Shown here piece after piece: positions 12,446 to 26,512 of a DNA stretch of 64,000 nt; position 1 is the stretch's first letter, and every line of letters begins with the position of its first letter. The notes beneath the pieces are model-generated. The model ran no database searches, had not been told where the DNA came from, and saw nothing but the letters and a program-made list of their open reading frames with translations. The position numbers and the translations under genes were made by a program. Source of the stretch: Lytechinus pictus. Lineage: Eukaryota. The stretch is taken from contig NC_087245.1 in assembly GCF_037042905.1 (NCBI RefSeq), positions 1,054,001-1,118,000 on the forward strand. The letters are read 5' to 3'.

Positions 12446-15436
12446 GTTCATTTTACTTTCTTTCTTTTCTTATATGTCATCCTTTGCTTCCATCCAACAA
12501 AAAATGTCAAAATCATTTTGGAAAAATGGCTATAATGAAAATATTCTTTTATTCTTATGCCCTCTCTGCCCATCACTCTGCCAACATTAGAAATAAGGAG
12601 TGCGGATTCATATTTGACTACTGATTTGTTTAACAACCTTCCTGGAACAGGCTGTACAAATAGATGTAATATTCTGTATCTGTATTGAAATATTATCAAT
12701 GAAAATTAAATGAAAAAAACATTTAGCTTATTCTTTGTCTTCTGTAAAAGCTGACAATACAATAAAATTTCGCTCTATATATGTGGATACAATTTTGTTT
12801 TCACAGAAAAGAAAGCAATCAACTGGAGCTGAAATATAAATCAGTGAACAGAAGTGAAAAAAGTTCGATTGTTTTCTTTGGAGGTGTAAACAAAGGCTAT
12901 TACTAATGAGAATAGAATGTGAGAGAGTAAGCTGTTAATCGGCTTACTCATCTTCAAATATAAAGATAATGCAGTAAGAGAAAAGGGCAGAGGGGGTATA
13001 TAACAAAAGATAAACCTTTGTTTCTGCTGGATATTGGAGAATATGCTTTCCCACCTGCAGTCTCACGCTTTACTTTCTTTCTTGAAATTAATATTGTGAT
13101 GTTTAGGGAAAGCTGTTGCATAAATCGTTTATGTTTTGTATTTTATTGTCCCAGGTTCATTACCTTTTTTGCTCTGTCCGTCTCCATATTAATCAATATT
13201 TAATATCAATCCTTATCCATAATCTTCTATTATTCATGTCAGTGATTAACCACTTATCACATACCTATATTAAGGCACTTAAAATCAAACATGAACAAAA
13301 TATTTATTCCTAAATTTGTATTATCATTCCATTTATAAATGTCACTTTATTTCTGATCATAGTCAGTCCTTTCAGGATTGACGCAGTAGTTAATGAAAAT
13401 ATTGCACCTCTATTTTTTTATTTTCAATTTCGCTTTAACTAAATCTATTTAAATTCCAGTCATTTAAAAGAATTAAGATGGAGTCAGAACTTTCTCAAAG
13501 TTTCAAATAAATTACGAAAGAATATAATAATATTTATATGCTAGTTAATTTGGATTCATTTAGTGATAACCTCTTTTTGTAATCCTTTCAAAATCAAATC
13601 ATTATCGAGGGTAGCTTCCTTGTAAGTAATCAAATCATAATATATACTTACAAAGGGCAATAATCAATTATTATTTTATCCTTTCTTGTAATTTGCCAGT
13701 GTGATATCATTGCCTTAATTTTGTAATGACACATTTTCACACCCAAAGTATTTATGATGATTATATGCATTCACACTAGCTATGATTTCATATTTTTATA
13801 CTATAACATATGCACTGATTACAAGCAATTTTTCTTACAATCTTTCGGCATGGATATTATTTATTTCTCTATGGGTCATGCATGGTGTTGTTATTAAAAT
13901 TTGACCATTGTGTTATTCTATTCACATTTATGTTGATATAATGATGTCATGTTATATTATTTTTGTATTCTGAACGACTCTTTTTTTATGTGATATTAGT
14001 GGTCCCCATTCATTCCTGTATGAAATGTGATATATCTGGTGGATTGTAGTTTGATGTCGTCATCTGTTGTATATGATAATCCTGCCTGCCTCAGTTACTA
14101 GTGGTATACATCATATGGGCTCTTATTTGATGGAAATTAGCACCTTAGATATGTATGTGTTTTTTTTAATAAAATGAATTTGAAGAAGGTTTGACAATCA
14201 TGTCTTCACACCTTAATGATTAGATAACGTTCCAATTCGCCATTGTCATTAATATCAAAATTAGCTGACTTCCGTATTCCACTTTTGGCTTTATTTCCTG
14301 CTCCGTCACCTTTGTCTTGTTGGGTTTTTCTTCCTCATTTGTCTTTGCTGTTCCCCTTTCTCATCTTCTATGGTAAATCTCATCCAGTGATGTATGGGGG
14401 GCCCGGGAGGGGGGGGGGGAGGCAGGTGCCATAGTATTTTGAGGGGGAGCAAAAATTAAAAATAAATAAGAAAATGAAGTAAAACAATAATTTTCAGAGT
14501 AGTGTTACATCACCCCTCCCCCTCCCATTTTAAGAAAACAAAACACTGTTTATTAATTTGAAACTCGCATGAAAATTAACATCGTTCAAGTGGTCAAGCG
14601 GTGTAGTGGTCCACCTGTACTCCCCAAATCAATTATATCGGGAGGAGAGACATGCGGGAAACAGTGATTCAGATCGTTTTTCGCCTCCCAGGCACAGGTG
14701 ACGCCAAAAGAATAATAATAATAGTAATAATGTTTGGTGTTCTTTTATTTTTAGTTCCATTATCAAAATGCACAAAAATGCGGTTCACAGAATAAAATAG
14801 AACGTCCACGCTTGGTCGGCTCCCCCTCTTCTCCCTTGCGTATACTCTATAGCATGGACATTCGTCGGTGCAATCCGGATGCCTATATAGCCACTAATGT
14901 AGTCCTTCATATTGTTAAGTCATATTTGTCATTTCTTTAGCTTGTGCCCTCCTTACCTTCCCCTTGAAAATGTTTTGACCTCATACACCTGACACCCTCC
15001 TTGTACCCGTATTCGTCACACCCTTTGTTATTTTTGTTCTTTTAAGATAATAAAACCATTTCCATTTCACTAGTTTTCCTCTCACTTTTAATCAACTCTA
15101 CGACTTTCACTTTCTGCCCCCTTATCACGTTTTTCTTTTTTATTCATTTTTTTCCTCTCTGTTGCTTGTCTAAAAGTTTGCCAATAGGAGGGATATGTTA
15201 AGTAATCACTTGAGGGACTTTAAAACCCGGGGGTGACGTTCTTCTTTGTTGATGATAGATCCGTAATATGAGCATAACCAAATGAGATTAATATTTATCA
15301 CGTAATGTTAGAGTTGTAGTGGTCACATTGATTTATAGCATGCCCGGTTAATGACTAACATTGCATTATTTCGTTCACCCCTTTTCTCCTTTCCCCTTTC
15401 ACTGCATCGTCTATCACATGGTTGTCACGTGACCAG

Positions 15437-15474
15437 AATGCCAGTCCATCTGCACGTACTGGAATTGAAGAAAG
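15437..15474 (+). CDS. Candidate 38-nt alternative mini-exon (NASPSARTGIEE-R)
   Basis: Pyrimidine tract 15370-15400, CCAG acceptor, AAG|GTAGGA donor; phase 0-2, the same as exon 15621-15706. Confidence 0.35.
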
Positions 15475-15620
15475 GTAGGAATTATATCTAGACTAGTCTC
15501 ATCTGTGTGGATTTGCGTCATGTATGTACCATCTCTGTGTGTTGTGTCTGATTGTACTGTCCATGTACATATATGTCTTTATTTTTTTTCCTCGTTCGAT
15601 GATTTTGTTTGATTATCTAG

Positions 15621-15706
15621 GCGCTCAGGCAACTAGCAATGGTCAAAGATGATTTGACCAATTATCAGGAGAGAATTCAAACTCAATACGCCCTCAAACT
15701 AAAGAG
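15621..15706 (+). CDS. Coiled-coil protein penultimate exon (ALRQLAMVKDDLTNYQERIQTQYALKLK-R)
   Basis: TATCTAG acceptor at 15620, GAG|GTAATT donor; 86 nt, phase 0-2, matching the phase-2 start of the last exon. Confidence 0.85.
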
Positions 15707-16224
15707 GTAATTTGTGCACCATCTCCAGGCATGATAGGTACACTATGAATTGATTAAAACACAATCTGTAGATTGTAGAAAAATAGAGATTACACAGAAG
15801 AACTGAAATAGACGCCTTTGTTTAGTTCGGACCAGTGTCGAAACTCATATTAGTTGTTTCATTGGTTATCCAGTCCATTTTAAGGAACATAATCATGCGA
15901 CATCCATGAATTACAAGAAATACTTTACAACTAACCTAAATTCGAGTAAAGGTAATTGTAAAATTTTATGACGATTGTTTGAAACTCTAGGGCCTACTAT
16001 GAACTATAAATCATTTAGTTTCTCGGATAAAGCGTAGAAAATCTCAAAGTAAAGTTAAACTCTTTCTCTCCCCTCAACGACATTTTGTATAGCCTATTCT
16101 ACTTAGCAGTTAATTTTACAGTAGAAGTGGTTGTAATAGAAAGGTAATCATCTTCGCTGTCGTCAGGGCAGTAAAAGTAGTAGTAGAAGTATTATTATTG
16201 TAGACGTAGCACCAGCAGCAACGG

Positions 16225-16763
<539 letters not shown>

Positions 16764-17527
16764 GTGTATAGGTTCAGTAGTTGTGGGCATAATAGTTGGA
16801 GTAAACATGGAAGTATTTCTGTTGCGGCAGTGACAATATTTATCGCGGTCATCCAGGTTTCTGGCTTTTGTGATTGCCAGTTGCCACATTGAACATTTTT
16901 ATGATCATAAAACTTTAAGTTATGAAATGTTTCACAAACTGGTACCTTTGAATGTAAAACATTTCAAGGGAATTATTTAAAATGAGATTTGAAAGACAAG
17001 GCTGTATTCTGAAGTTTGAGTACTCGGGGTTGTGCCGCCCGAATTAGTCACTTTTTGACGAATCGTATAATATCGATTTGTGCCTTTCCATTGTTCAGGA
17101 AGAGAATAATTCAAGAGAGATATTCTTTAAAATGTTTGCTTTAAATTGATATTCATTGGGAGATCCACTTTAGAAAAAGGGGGAACAATTAGTTTTATTT
17201 TACCTTTAAAAATAGAACATGTTTGGGACGATAGCACACCCGAAGGTAATCAATATCCTCTCATCTTAAATGGTATTGTTATCGTTTTTTTATTTCTGTT
17301 GTTATTATTATTGTTATCATTATTATTATTTATCATTATTATTATGATTATTATCATTATTATCGTTATTCTTATTATTATCATCATCATCATTAATGTC
17401 TTATGTAAAGATACTGCAAATATTGATGTGCTCAATTTTGTATTCATTAAAGCTGAATTTAAAAAAAATGTATGTTAGTAAATCAGGATTTTTTTTACCT
17501 ATCCTTGTCTTTGTAATTGTTACACAG

Positions 17528-19439
17528 ATCCAAGTCCCAGTCGGACATGACACGACGAGACAGTGGTCCACCACCCAAACCACCCGCCAAACCACCACGA
17601 CAGTTTAGCCAAAAAGATGAGTCATCAAGCAGTACTTCATCCAGGATGACGTCACAAGCAGCTACCACACCAAGACAACAAACACAAGGAGAGTATCTAC
17701 AAAGCAGACGATCACAGTCAAGGAGTGCAGAGGTCTTGACTTCATCACCCACGAAAAGCCCTCGAAGCCCGGTGAAAGTTATCTCATCGGACCCCGTAGG
17801 GGGCGGGCTAGAGATAGCCACAACGAAACCCACCAAAGCTTCGACAAAAGTGAAGACGGTTGTCACTGAAACCAAAGAAAGAAGAACGCAGGCACCTCCC
17901 ACGACTAAAATCGAAGAAACTGAACGTGCAAAATGTCAAGAAACGCACTTTGGGAAGATTCCGCATGTGACTATTATTGACAAAGATAATACGCAGTCGG
18001 GAAAGAAAACAACAGTGACAGAGATTGTCCAGGAATCCAAAACTACGGTTCAAGAATCTAAAGTGCCAGTTGCGTCTTCCACCCCTGATGTGTCTCAGAT
18101 AGGGAGCAGCACCTCTAGAAGACCACCACAAGTAAGCATCACAAGGTCTGTAAGCGATCGCCGACATGACGCTGATAAACCAACTATAGTAGTGAAGCAA
18201 GGGCGGTTTGACGTAATGGGTCTTCTGCGAGAGACTGACCGTAAAACCACTCGACCCCGCAGTGAAAGCCCTTCTCGAGTTGATCTTCAAATTCGGTTAG
18301 CAGAAATAGATAAAAATCGCGTAATGTCTACTAAGATGATGTTTGAAGGTAGCCAGCCGTCACCTAGTGGTTCTGCTCCCGCACTCCAGAGACGCTCGGC
18401 TAGTACAGACTCTCCATGTGTGTCAGACACCGATAGTGAAAGACACACAGACAGTGAACTCGTAGCACGGAGTCCAACTAATCGCCAGTTATCACCTTCA
18501 ATATCGGACAGTCGACTACCAGGTGATAGTAGGGCCGCTAGTGGAGCATCACCACAAATCGCTAGAGCGCATGAGAGTAGATCCTCTGAACGTCCTAAAT
18601 CTATGTGTGCTAATATAGATAGAAAATCAAAAACCTCAAGTGAGGGAGACAGTTTAGGTCGTACTTCTCCTTACCCAAACCCTCCGCCTGGTTTTCTTTT
18701 ACCAAAGCATATTAATGGAACAACGAGCAAACCGTCCGTTGCGACTAGTCCGACCGTTGCTGCTGCTAGGGGAGTGTCTACTGAACCTCCCAGAGGAAAG
18801 TCGTATAATGTACCTATACCACCGAGTGAGCTAGGGTCTTTCGGCGAGGGCCCTCTAACTCATATACCTGGACAATTACCAAGGACAAAGAGTCAACTCC
18901 AGGCACAAACTAAACAACCTATGCCACCACTTTCTAATAAGACTCCTCCAGAATCCCCAAAGCATGGAAGCGAAAGAGGGAAGCGAGTTTCCCCGCGCTC
19001 TGCTCGGGCACAGTTTTTCTCTGAAGCGCCCTCACCAACCTCTAACAAATCCTTGAAATCTCAGGTGGCTGCACAAGAGCGAAAAACATCAAATAATAAC
19101 AACAACGCTACTGCCGCTGTTCAACAACATCCTACAACATCTTCAGGAGCTTCCTCAGCACCTACATCCTCAACCAAGTCAAGAGGGACTGGTAGCAGCT
19201 CACGGGCAAGCAGTAGCAGTGGTGCTAAGGGGGCTTCAGGTGGCACTGTTAAAGGCGGATCTGGATCTAGCAAATCAGATGTAGGCACAAGTACTAGGTC
19301 GTCTCACCAACCACCCAGCAAAGCTTCCCCATGGAGCGCAAGTCCTGCTGTCAGCATACCCCAACAGCAAAGAATGGGAACCCAGCCGGCAACCAAACCT
19401 AAGAAGAGCAAGTTTTCATCTAAGTCTTCTAAGAAATAA
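17528..19439 (+). CDS. Terminal coding exon: ~637 aa Ser/Pro/Thr/Arg/Lys-rich disordered tail ending KPKKSKFSSKSSKK
   Basis: TACACAG acceptor at 17527 (phase 2, AG+A=Arg), 1.9 kb open frame, stop TAA followed in frame by TAG. Confidence 0.93.
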
Positions 19440-22400
19440 TAGCAATTTCAGTATTCAATTTATTGAACTTTTATTTATTCTGTGTCGTTAAGTAATTACT
19501 TTCTGCAGAAATATCCAACGTCGATTTCAATTAACAATCTCTGTAAAGAAAAAAATTTGATTTAAGGTATAAGTAAATCTGTTCGTATAAAATTGTGAGT
19601 GAAACAAAGAAACTTGAAAGCCTGAAGTCTGTACCAGAGACAGATATTGGCGATAATACAGAAAACGTTGATTGTGAATTGATGAGGTTTGTCGTCTATG
19701 CATGTAAAAACCTTTCTACAACCATGCAGAAGAGATATTTTTATGATCCTGATTAGTTTTACTTGTCGAATGTAAGAGATATAAATTTAGAATTAGATAT
19801 TCTTACAGCAATATTGCATGAATTTAATTGATTTTAATTATTATCATAGCTGATTAATGTGCAATTTATAGCTGCAGGCTTTGTTGCTATTGGAGTATTT
19901 GGGATGTCGTCACATTTTTTTTCAGTCTCGGGACTATCATTTTTAAGCGGCTGGATGAAGAGTCTACTATATATTTTCTTAATAGACAAGCAAAAATGTA
20001 AACCACTCACTCTGTAAAATAAGGATGATTTGAATTGGTCAAATTGCTTAATATGTAAACTTCACAGTTGAGTGCAGTTGTTGCTGAAGAAAAAGAGGGA
20101 GAATCGTTAGAAATTATTCGTGATTGTCAGTTGCATTCCAAATGTTTGATTTTGTCATTTAATGCCTTTGCAATCAATTAAAATGGGCACGACATAGCTA
20201 TTGTTTCAATACGTTGGTTGAACTTCAAACGTTCCTCTTTGCTTTTAGTGTGTAGACCAATATTTTGCTTGATAGTATTAAGACCAATAAGTTGCTTTGA
20301 CCAAAATCCAACCACTGCTTTTCGTTTTGTATTCCACTCTCTTTCTCTCTTTATTTATTCATTTTCGTGCGCTTTGGGGGGTAGGGTATAATTAGTGTAT
20401 AGGTTTGGCTGGATCACCAATCTCATACATGTGCTGACACAAATAAAGCCCCATCCTTTCAAATTTGTTGGTTTTTCAATATATTAGTCATCTGAAAAAT
20501 ATAATGTTAGGTAATTTGTTCATATTTGTTAAACATTGAACGCAAAGTGATTTCCCAAATTTTCTGTGTCTTTCCCCGTTTTATTAAAATGTTGTGTTGC
20601 AAGCTTGCTCGCTTGGATTAATTGATCACAAAACGCATTCTTATTATTCATGTCTTACTGTTGTTGTTTTTTTCTTCAATTTTATAAGTGGCATTTTAAC
20701 ATAGATAAAACCTTGAGAAACAAAATAAGTTGCGAATTTCCTTTTGAACTCAAAGAAGTCATTCTCGATAACATGCGTTCGTTGGAGCTTAGAATTCGCT
20801 GAGAAATGATTAGTATGACTTCATTGTACTTAATTATTGCATAAGATAGGAAGTTATTCTTCATACAATGTTGAATGTACATTACTTTGTTATTTATTGA
20901 AATTTGACTGTTTTAAACGTATTCATAAAACTACAGTCAATTGTACATAAAGGTCATCATAGATGAAACAGTAGTTCATATTTTGGTATGGTGTAAATTC
21001 TGTTTTATTATCGTGGAAGGTTTTCTCGTTCATTTTTTTGTGTGTAAGTTGAAATTTATGTTATGTGTAAGTCTTAAATTATGTTACAAATACTTATTCA
21101 GATTATTTAGTACACTAGTATTCACATTTACTTTTACATACCAAATTTTAACCACCACTTTGTTGAAAACCGTTTATTTGAGAAGTGTGAATATTTTATT
21201 GTAATAGAAACTATTATTTTCAATGTTTATTCAGTTTTCATAAATTGGTCACGGTCTTTGAAAAACAAAAGTTGTTCTTCATCTAGACATTATGAGGAAG
21301 ATCTTTTTAACTTAGACTTATATTATTGTTTGCAATAATTGTCTTATTGGAAAGTATAGACTAAAGTTTACAATTTTTAACACAACATTGCATAGTCATC
21401 TTTCACGGTCGCCCATTCCATTAAATTCAATTATGAAATGAACCAAAGACAAAAATGTTCAAGTGATAAAGCTACCAAATGAGTTCACTTTAAATCGTAC
21501 CTTCACGAGGTCACGTGGTATCTTTCATTAAATGGTTTCCCCAAATTGTAAAATTATCATAAAGATTTTTAGATATTTTAAATCACTTCTCACTAGAAAG
21601 AGTAAATTTGCATCTAATACATGCAGCTATATGTGTAATTGGTAGATATGCCGAGTATCTTACCCACTTATAAAGAATGTCAAGAGCATCATCTTCTAAT
21701 GGCAATGGTCTGGTGTCTCTGTATTTCCGGCTTTCCAACGTTTGCATACTGCAAACAAATAGTGTAAATCCACACCGATCAGTGTTGTGATGGAACCAAG
21801 CATTCAACAGCAGTGTTAAATATATTGGCGTTTAATATGAGTATTGTATCAACACTATTCGGTGTTATATTCCATGGTGTATTTATACCAGATGGTGCTC
21901 GCACAGCAGTGTTCTATTCAACACCATGTTGTTTTACAGTGTATTCAGTCTGAGGTTAGATCACGATGTCAGTAGATTTATATGATTAACATAGTCTTGA
22001 TACAGCTATCATTGTTATATATCATGGGATCCAAACGCTCGATACATTGATTGGTTGAATTTTTAGGCAAGAAGTAATAACTTTTTATTTGGAAATATAC
22101 ATAGATGAAATAATGAATAAATTACGGATACCCGAGTGTCAAGGGAAATACGATAGAATTATAATGTAAAAAAAAAAACCTTGACGAAATAATGGACAAA
22201 ATTAATGAAAATCATTACAGACTTATAACAGTATGGCGTCCTTGCTTTGACTGTCTTTAATTCAGTACAGACGTGGTAGCTATGTTCATTTTGATTTTCC
22301 TATTTTAGAAAGGATCGTACTTAATTGTTTTGACTATACTCTTTCTTTTTTTTTGAAGATTCTATTGTAAGGCTTTATAAACTATATGATTTGTAAATCA

Positions 22401-22535
22401 TTTCTAATCAGCTATGTAGTATGAAATATGACACTATGCCATATACAATATCATTTTGATTCCGGTAATTACAACAAAACGTTTAAAAAAACTGAATTAC
22501 TAATCAATAAAGGCACATTTGTGCTTTTTGTATGA
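19440..22535 (+). other. Probable long 3' UTR
   Basis: T-rich, repeat-poor sequence after the stop codon, ending at AATAAA 22506-22511; other AATAAA hexamers (e.g. ~20443) could be alternative sites. Confidence 0.5.
21745..21943. mobile_element. Degenerate TACACTGTAAAA-type MITE
   Basis: Right end TTTTACAGTGTA; internal inverted AACACC/GGTGTT motifs; left end degenerate (ATACTGCAAA). Confidence 0.45.
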
Positions 22536-22565
22536 AAATAGTACTGTTGTTGCTGTGTGTTTTAT
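22506..22565 (+). terminator. Candidate polyadenylation signal
   Basis: AATAAA at 22506-22511 followed ~35 nt later by a GT-rich element TGTTGTTGCTGTGTGTTT. Confidence 0.55.
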
Positions 22566-22669
22566 TGCTATTTATACGTAGATATTTTTTTTTAACAAGA
22601 CCACACATTGGTATTCATAATGCATATATCATTTTCATTTATTTGATACACGATAAAACAGCAATGTGC

Positions 22670-22753
22670 ATAAAATGCCTTGCTGAAGGGCTTAGGTGCC
22701 GAGCCGGAAATCAAACCACCGATCCTCGGATATCAATAGACCACACGACACCG
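22670..22753 (-). mobile_element. Degenerate SINE head fragment
   Basis: Minus strand GGTGTCGTGTGGTC...GGTTTGATTTCC...CCCTTCAGCAAGGCATTT, matching the head and core of the other SINEs. Confidence 0.55.
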
Positions 22754-24499
22754 ATATCAAGTTCATTAGAAAAGATGTAGAAGAAATTCTAAAAGTTAGG
22801 CAGTGTATCCAGTCACAAAATGACTCGTACATATATTGCGAGGTTTTGTCCTTTTCGCTTATATTTGAAATATTTCAAAGTTATTTTGTTCCTTTTGGGG
22901 AAATTTAAAGTATCGTACTGTAATCTTTGATTTTTATTTGTTTTGATCCTGATACGAGAAAGATAAATTCCTAAATGTGAAGTAAGATAGGACACAGCGC
23001 ATCATCTAAAAAGAAAGTCACAGGGTCAACGAAACGGTTTTGAGAATGGGTAGGGGGCTGAACTTCCAATAAAACCACAATCGGATGTTATTTGAAAAAT
23101 TACACGTTTATTGATAAAAGTATGGATGGGGGCTCATTTGAAACATTGATGATGTTGATTGGAATGAATTCACCTTTTTTAGTTGAACCGTAAGACTGGT
23201 TAGATTTGAGAGGATGGAATGACAAAAGAGGGGGGTCAACGCCCAGTCGAGCATGTCGGGATGATTTGGAAACGTATTTCATAGTTGATATTGTTATTTT
23301 TTTTCTTCTTCCATTTTTCCTTCCGCCTTCCTCCCTTATTCTTCTTTTGTTACTGACTACTTGAAAAGCATAGGAGGTCACCCTCCCCACCCAGGGGCGC
23401 CGCCCCTTGTTGGTAATGATATTTACAACCTTTTATTTGGGAAATTACTGTTAACTGTGCATTGGACGTCAAGAGCTGCAACTCTGGTTGGAGAAAACAG
23501 AAAAAAAAAAAGAAGTTAGAAAATAGGGAACATGAATAAATCTTTTTTTAAGAATTATTATGTAACAAAATAATCCTTGATCAAAATTACCAACGATTCC
23601 ATTCTTTAATGGATCATCTTAGGGGTACAAACAGTAATCGTTTGGTGGATGGGTACTATATAGACATAATATTTCTGGGTATCACCATAGCAATGGTTTC
23701 AAAACCGAATTTATCGTATACAGGTCAGATGAAAGGAAAATTTTCAGACCTCATTCCGCAGCCACAGGTGACGCTAAACAAGTACTACTATCAGAGTTTT
23801 CTTGATCAAAACTCATATGTGAATTAATTTTTGCACAACCAACTGGTATTGTCTAAACCACCAGCCCCACATCTCTTCCAAAATCTTATTTGATACTAAC
23901 AATAATTACAAATTAATAAGGATTGATTGCAAGTTGCAACCGTTATTCTATTATGCCTTGAACCTAAGCCGTAGCGATCTCAATGCACAGGTCCGGAAAA
24001 GGAAAGTAAAGCCAAAATCGCTTTTAGACTTTGATTTTAGATTCAGCATAAAATCTCATGATATTTAAAATAGACTTGAAAATATCCTTGAAACTCATTA
24101 ATGGCACGGACATAATAAACGCGGTGTTCTGTACAAGTAGAAGATATCTCTCCCAATGGAATGTATGTATTTGACAGAAAAGTCCTAATCTGCGCTAACG
24201 GTCAGCCGTTAGTTTGTTACGAGAGTCAATGTAAAAGACCGTCAATTCGCTTGTCAAAATGATAGTTTTGGAAGAGAATATAGGAGGGCGTTTAGAGGAT
24301 TTCCTTCTGGCGAATTGAGCCGACACCATCGATGTAAGAGAAAAATTGATTCGAATTTCATTATTTACTCATCATGGTGAATGGTTTGTAGGGTGTTTAG
24401 CCACGTTTTACATATCATTGTGATCGGGGCACTTAACAAATTCGGGGGCAAGAAGGGCGTTATTCTCTCTGGGAAAGTGTACAAGATATTTCCTTCTAG

Positions 24500-24785
24500 T
24501 TTCCAGCAGACGGACACATGCATGGGCAAGCCAATGACCGGGGGACCTCCTGTAGAGCTTCATATTCTTAACTTACCCCCTTCCCCGATGGTTCATAAAA
24601 GCGCCATTCAACTTCCCCCTTTTAACCACGATTTTGTGGCCCCCTTCACCTGGCGTTGTTGCATATGCAAGCCTTTGGGCGGCCGCGTGGCCCGCGGCTT
24701 CTCTTCCCTACCGAACCCGCAGAATAGCCCAGACAAAATCTGAGACCGCATCAAACAACCCAAGCGAAGAGACATTCAAGTGAGT
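24500..24785 (+). promoter_or_regulatory. Candidate Pol II promoter and non-coding first exon
   Basis: GCCAAT 24530-24535, TATA-like CATAAAAG 24594-24601, CpG/GC-rich block (GCGGCCGC at 24679), consensus donor CAA|GTGAGT at 24780. Confidence 0.45.
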
Positions 24786-25965
24786 GCGCTCCAATGCGTT
24801 TCAAATTAGTCTCCTGCTAATTATTTGGCCCGTTTTGATTCATTTTAGTTATGATGATGTTGCCCTTGGAACAGTATAGCGTTAAATTTGATTAATATAT
24901 GCCTTTAAACGCTTGATGACTCTTTTTTCCGGCGTTGTATAAAGAAGAAATCAGCTGTAAATCTGTGCATCTAATTATTTCAGGTTGGGACAAAGGATTT
25001 TTTTTTCGTTTGTATATTTTTCTTTTATTATTGCTCCCTTATTTATTTAGTCCTTTATATTTTATATTTCTTTTCATTTCACGTTATGAAATATATTTTC
25101 CACGTTCAAATTATCTTTACATTGTCATAACAGAAAGTTGATCGAACAGCTAGCATCTAAACGATTGTAGAAACACCGTTATGAAAAGTAGAATTTAGAA
25201 ACATGAAGAATGTCCTGGCTTCCTGGTTTAATCATGACAGTGATGTGATGGCGCTTGGCCATTCCTTGTAAAGTTATGGTTTGTTCAGAAGAAAAAGGGT
25301 GAGAAAAAATTAGACATCCAGAAAAAATAACATGTAAATGAAGTGATTATGAAATTTAAAAAAAATGGCAGTTGAGCTCGTCCAACCATTGATCTCCTCG
25401 CCGTTTTAGCTTCAATCTAGGCAATACCGGCTATTTTTTTTTCAACAAAAGAAAATACTGAAATCATCAAAACCCCACCGCATCTATTTAAGAACCACTT
25501 AACAGGCATTTTAGAGAGTTATCACTGAATCATTTTCAATTAAAAGATGAAAGGGTCGTCCAAATAGCTTATTCCACATCTCACCATCTACATGTATTAA
25601 GGCATCTTTCAAACAGTCCTCGAAATGCGCATGTGCACGGGAGTTTCAGATTACGGGAATTGAAAGTAAATTGGCTTTGAACGAGCCATTGACATTCAAC
25701 GAACCGCAGTTTGGCGATAGTATGGGCGTCATCTCGGCTATCTCCCCGCCGCTTCCTTTAGCGTAATCCAACAAGGAGGAGAAAAATCGATTTAAGTTCC
25801 TTTCAAGGGCCAGCGAGTCAATAGGATCTAGAAATCCGTAAAAATAAAGTTAAACATGTTTACCATCATGACCATGTCTTATGGACCTGAAACTCTCTGA
25901 CCTCGTGAGAGTGTAATAATTTATATACTCGAGAACAGACTCTGGAGGTGTATTAATATTGGTGC

Positions 25966-26221
25966 AGGGGTAGCGCTACAAGGGGCAGGGGCGACCGCCC
26001 ACATGATTTTTTTTTTTCAACAATTTTTTTTATTTCAAAAAGAGGAAAAGAAAAGGAGGAAGAAAATGGTAAAAGGAAAATTGAAAAAGCATTTTTTTAA
26101 GGGTGAGATATGCGTGGTTTTACTCTATAATTATCACTGTTATATTATTGAGAAAAATGAGGTCACCTTTGTAATCATGCCCCCCCCCCCTTCCCTCACT
26201 AAAATACCCTGGCGCCCTCTG
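25966..26221. mobile_element. Degenerate CAGGGG...CTG hAT-like MITE
   Basis: Starts CAGGGGTAGCGCTACAAGGGGCAGGGGCG, ends poly-C...CCCTGGCGCCCTCTG; same layout as the 2665 and 7959 elements. Confidence 0.5.
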
Positions 26222-26241
26222 GCAGCAGCAGTAGTAGCAGC

Positions 26242-26276
<35 letters not shown>

Positions 26277-26298
26277 CAGTAGTAGTAGTAGTAGTAGC

Positions 26299-26345
<47 letters not shown>

Positions 26346-26367
26346 CAGTAGTAGTAGTAGCAGCAGC

Positions 26368-26462
<95 letters not shown>

Positions 26463-26512
26463 CAGTAGTAGAAGTAGTAGTAGTAGCAGCAGCAGCAGCA
26501 TTATAGTAGTAA
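26222..26512. repeat. (TAG/CAG)n microsatellite
   Basis: About 290 bp of TAG with CAG interruptions. Confidence 0.98.
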
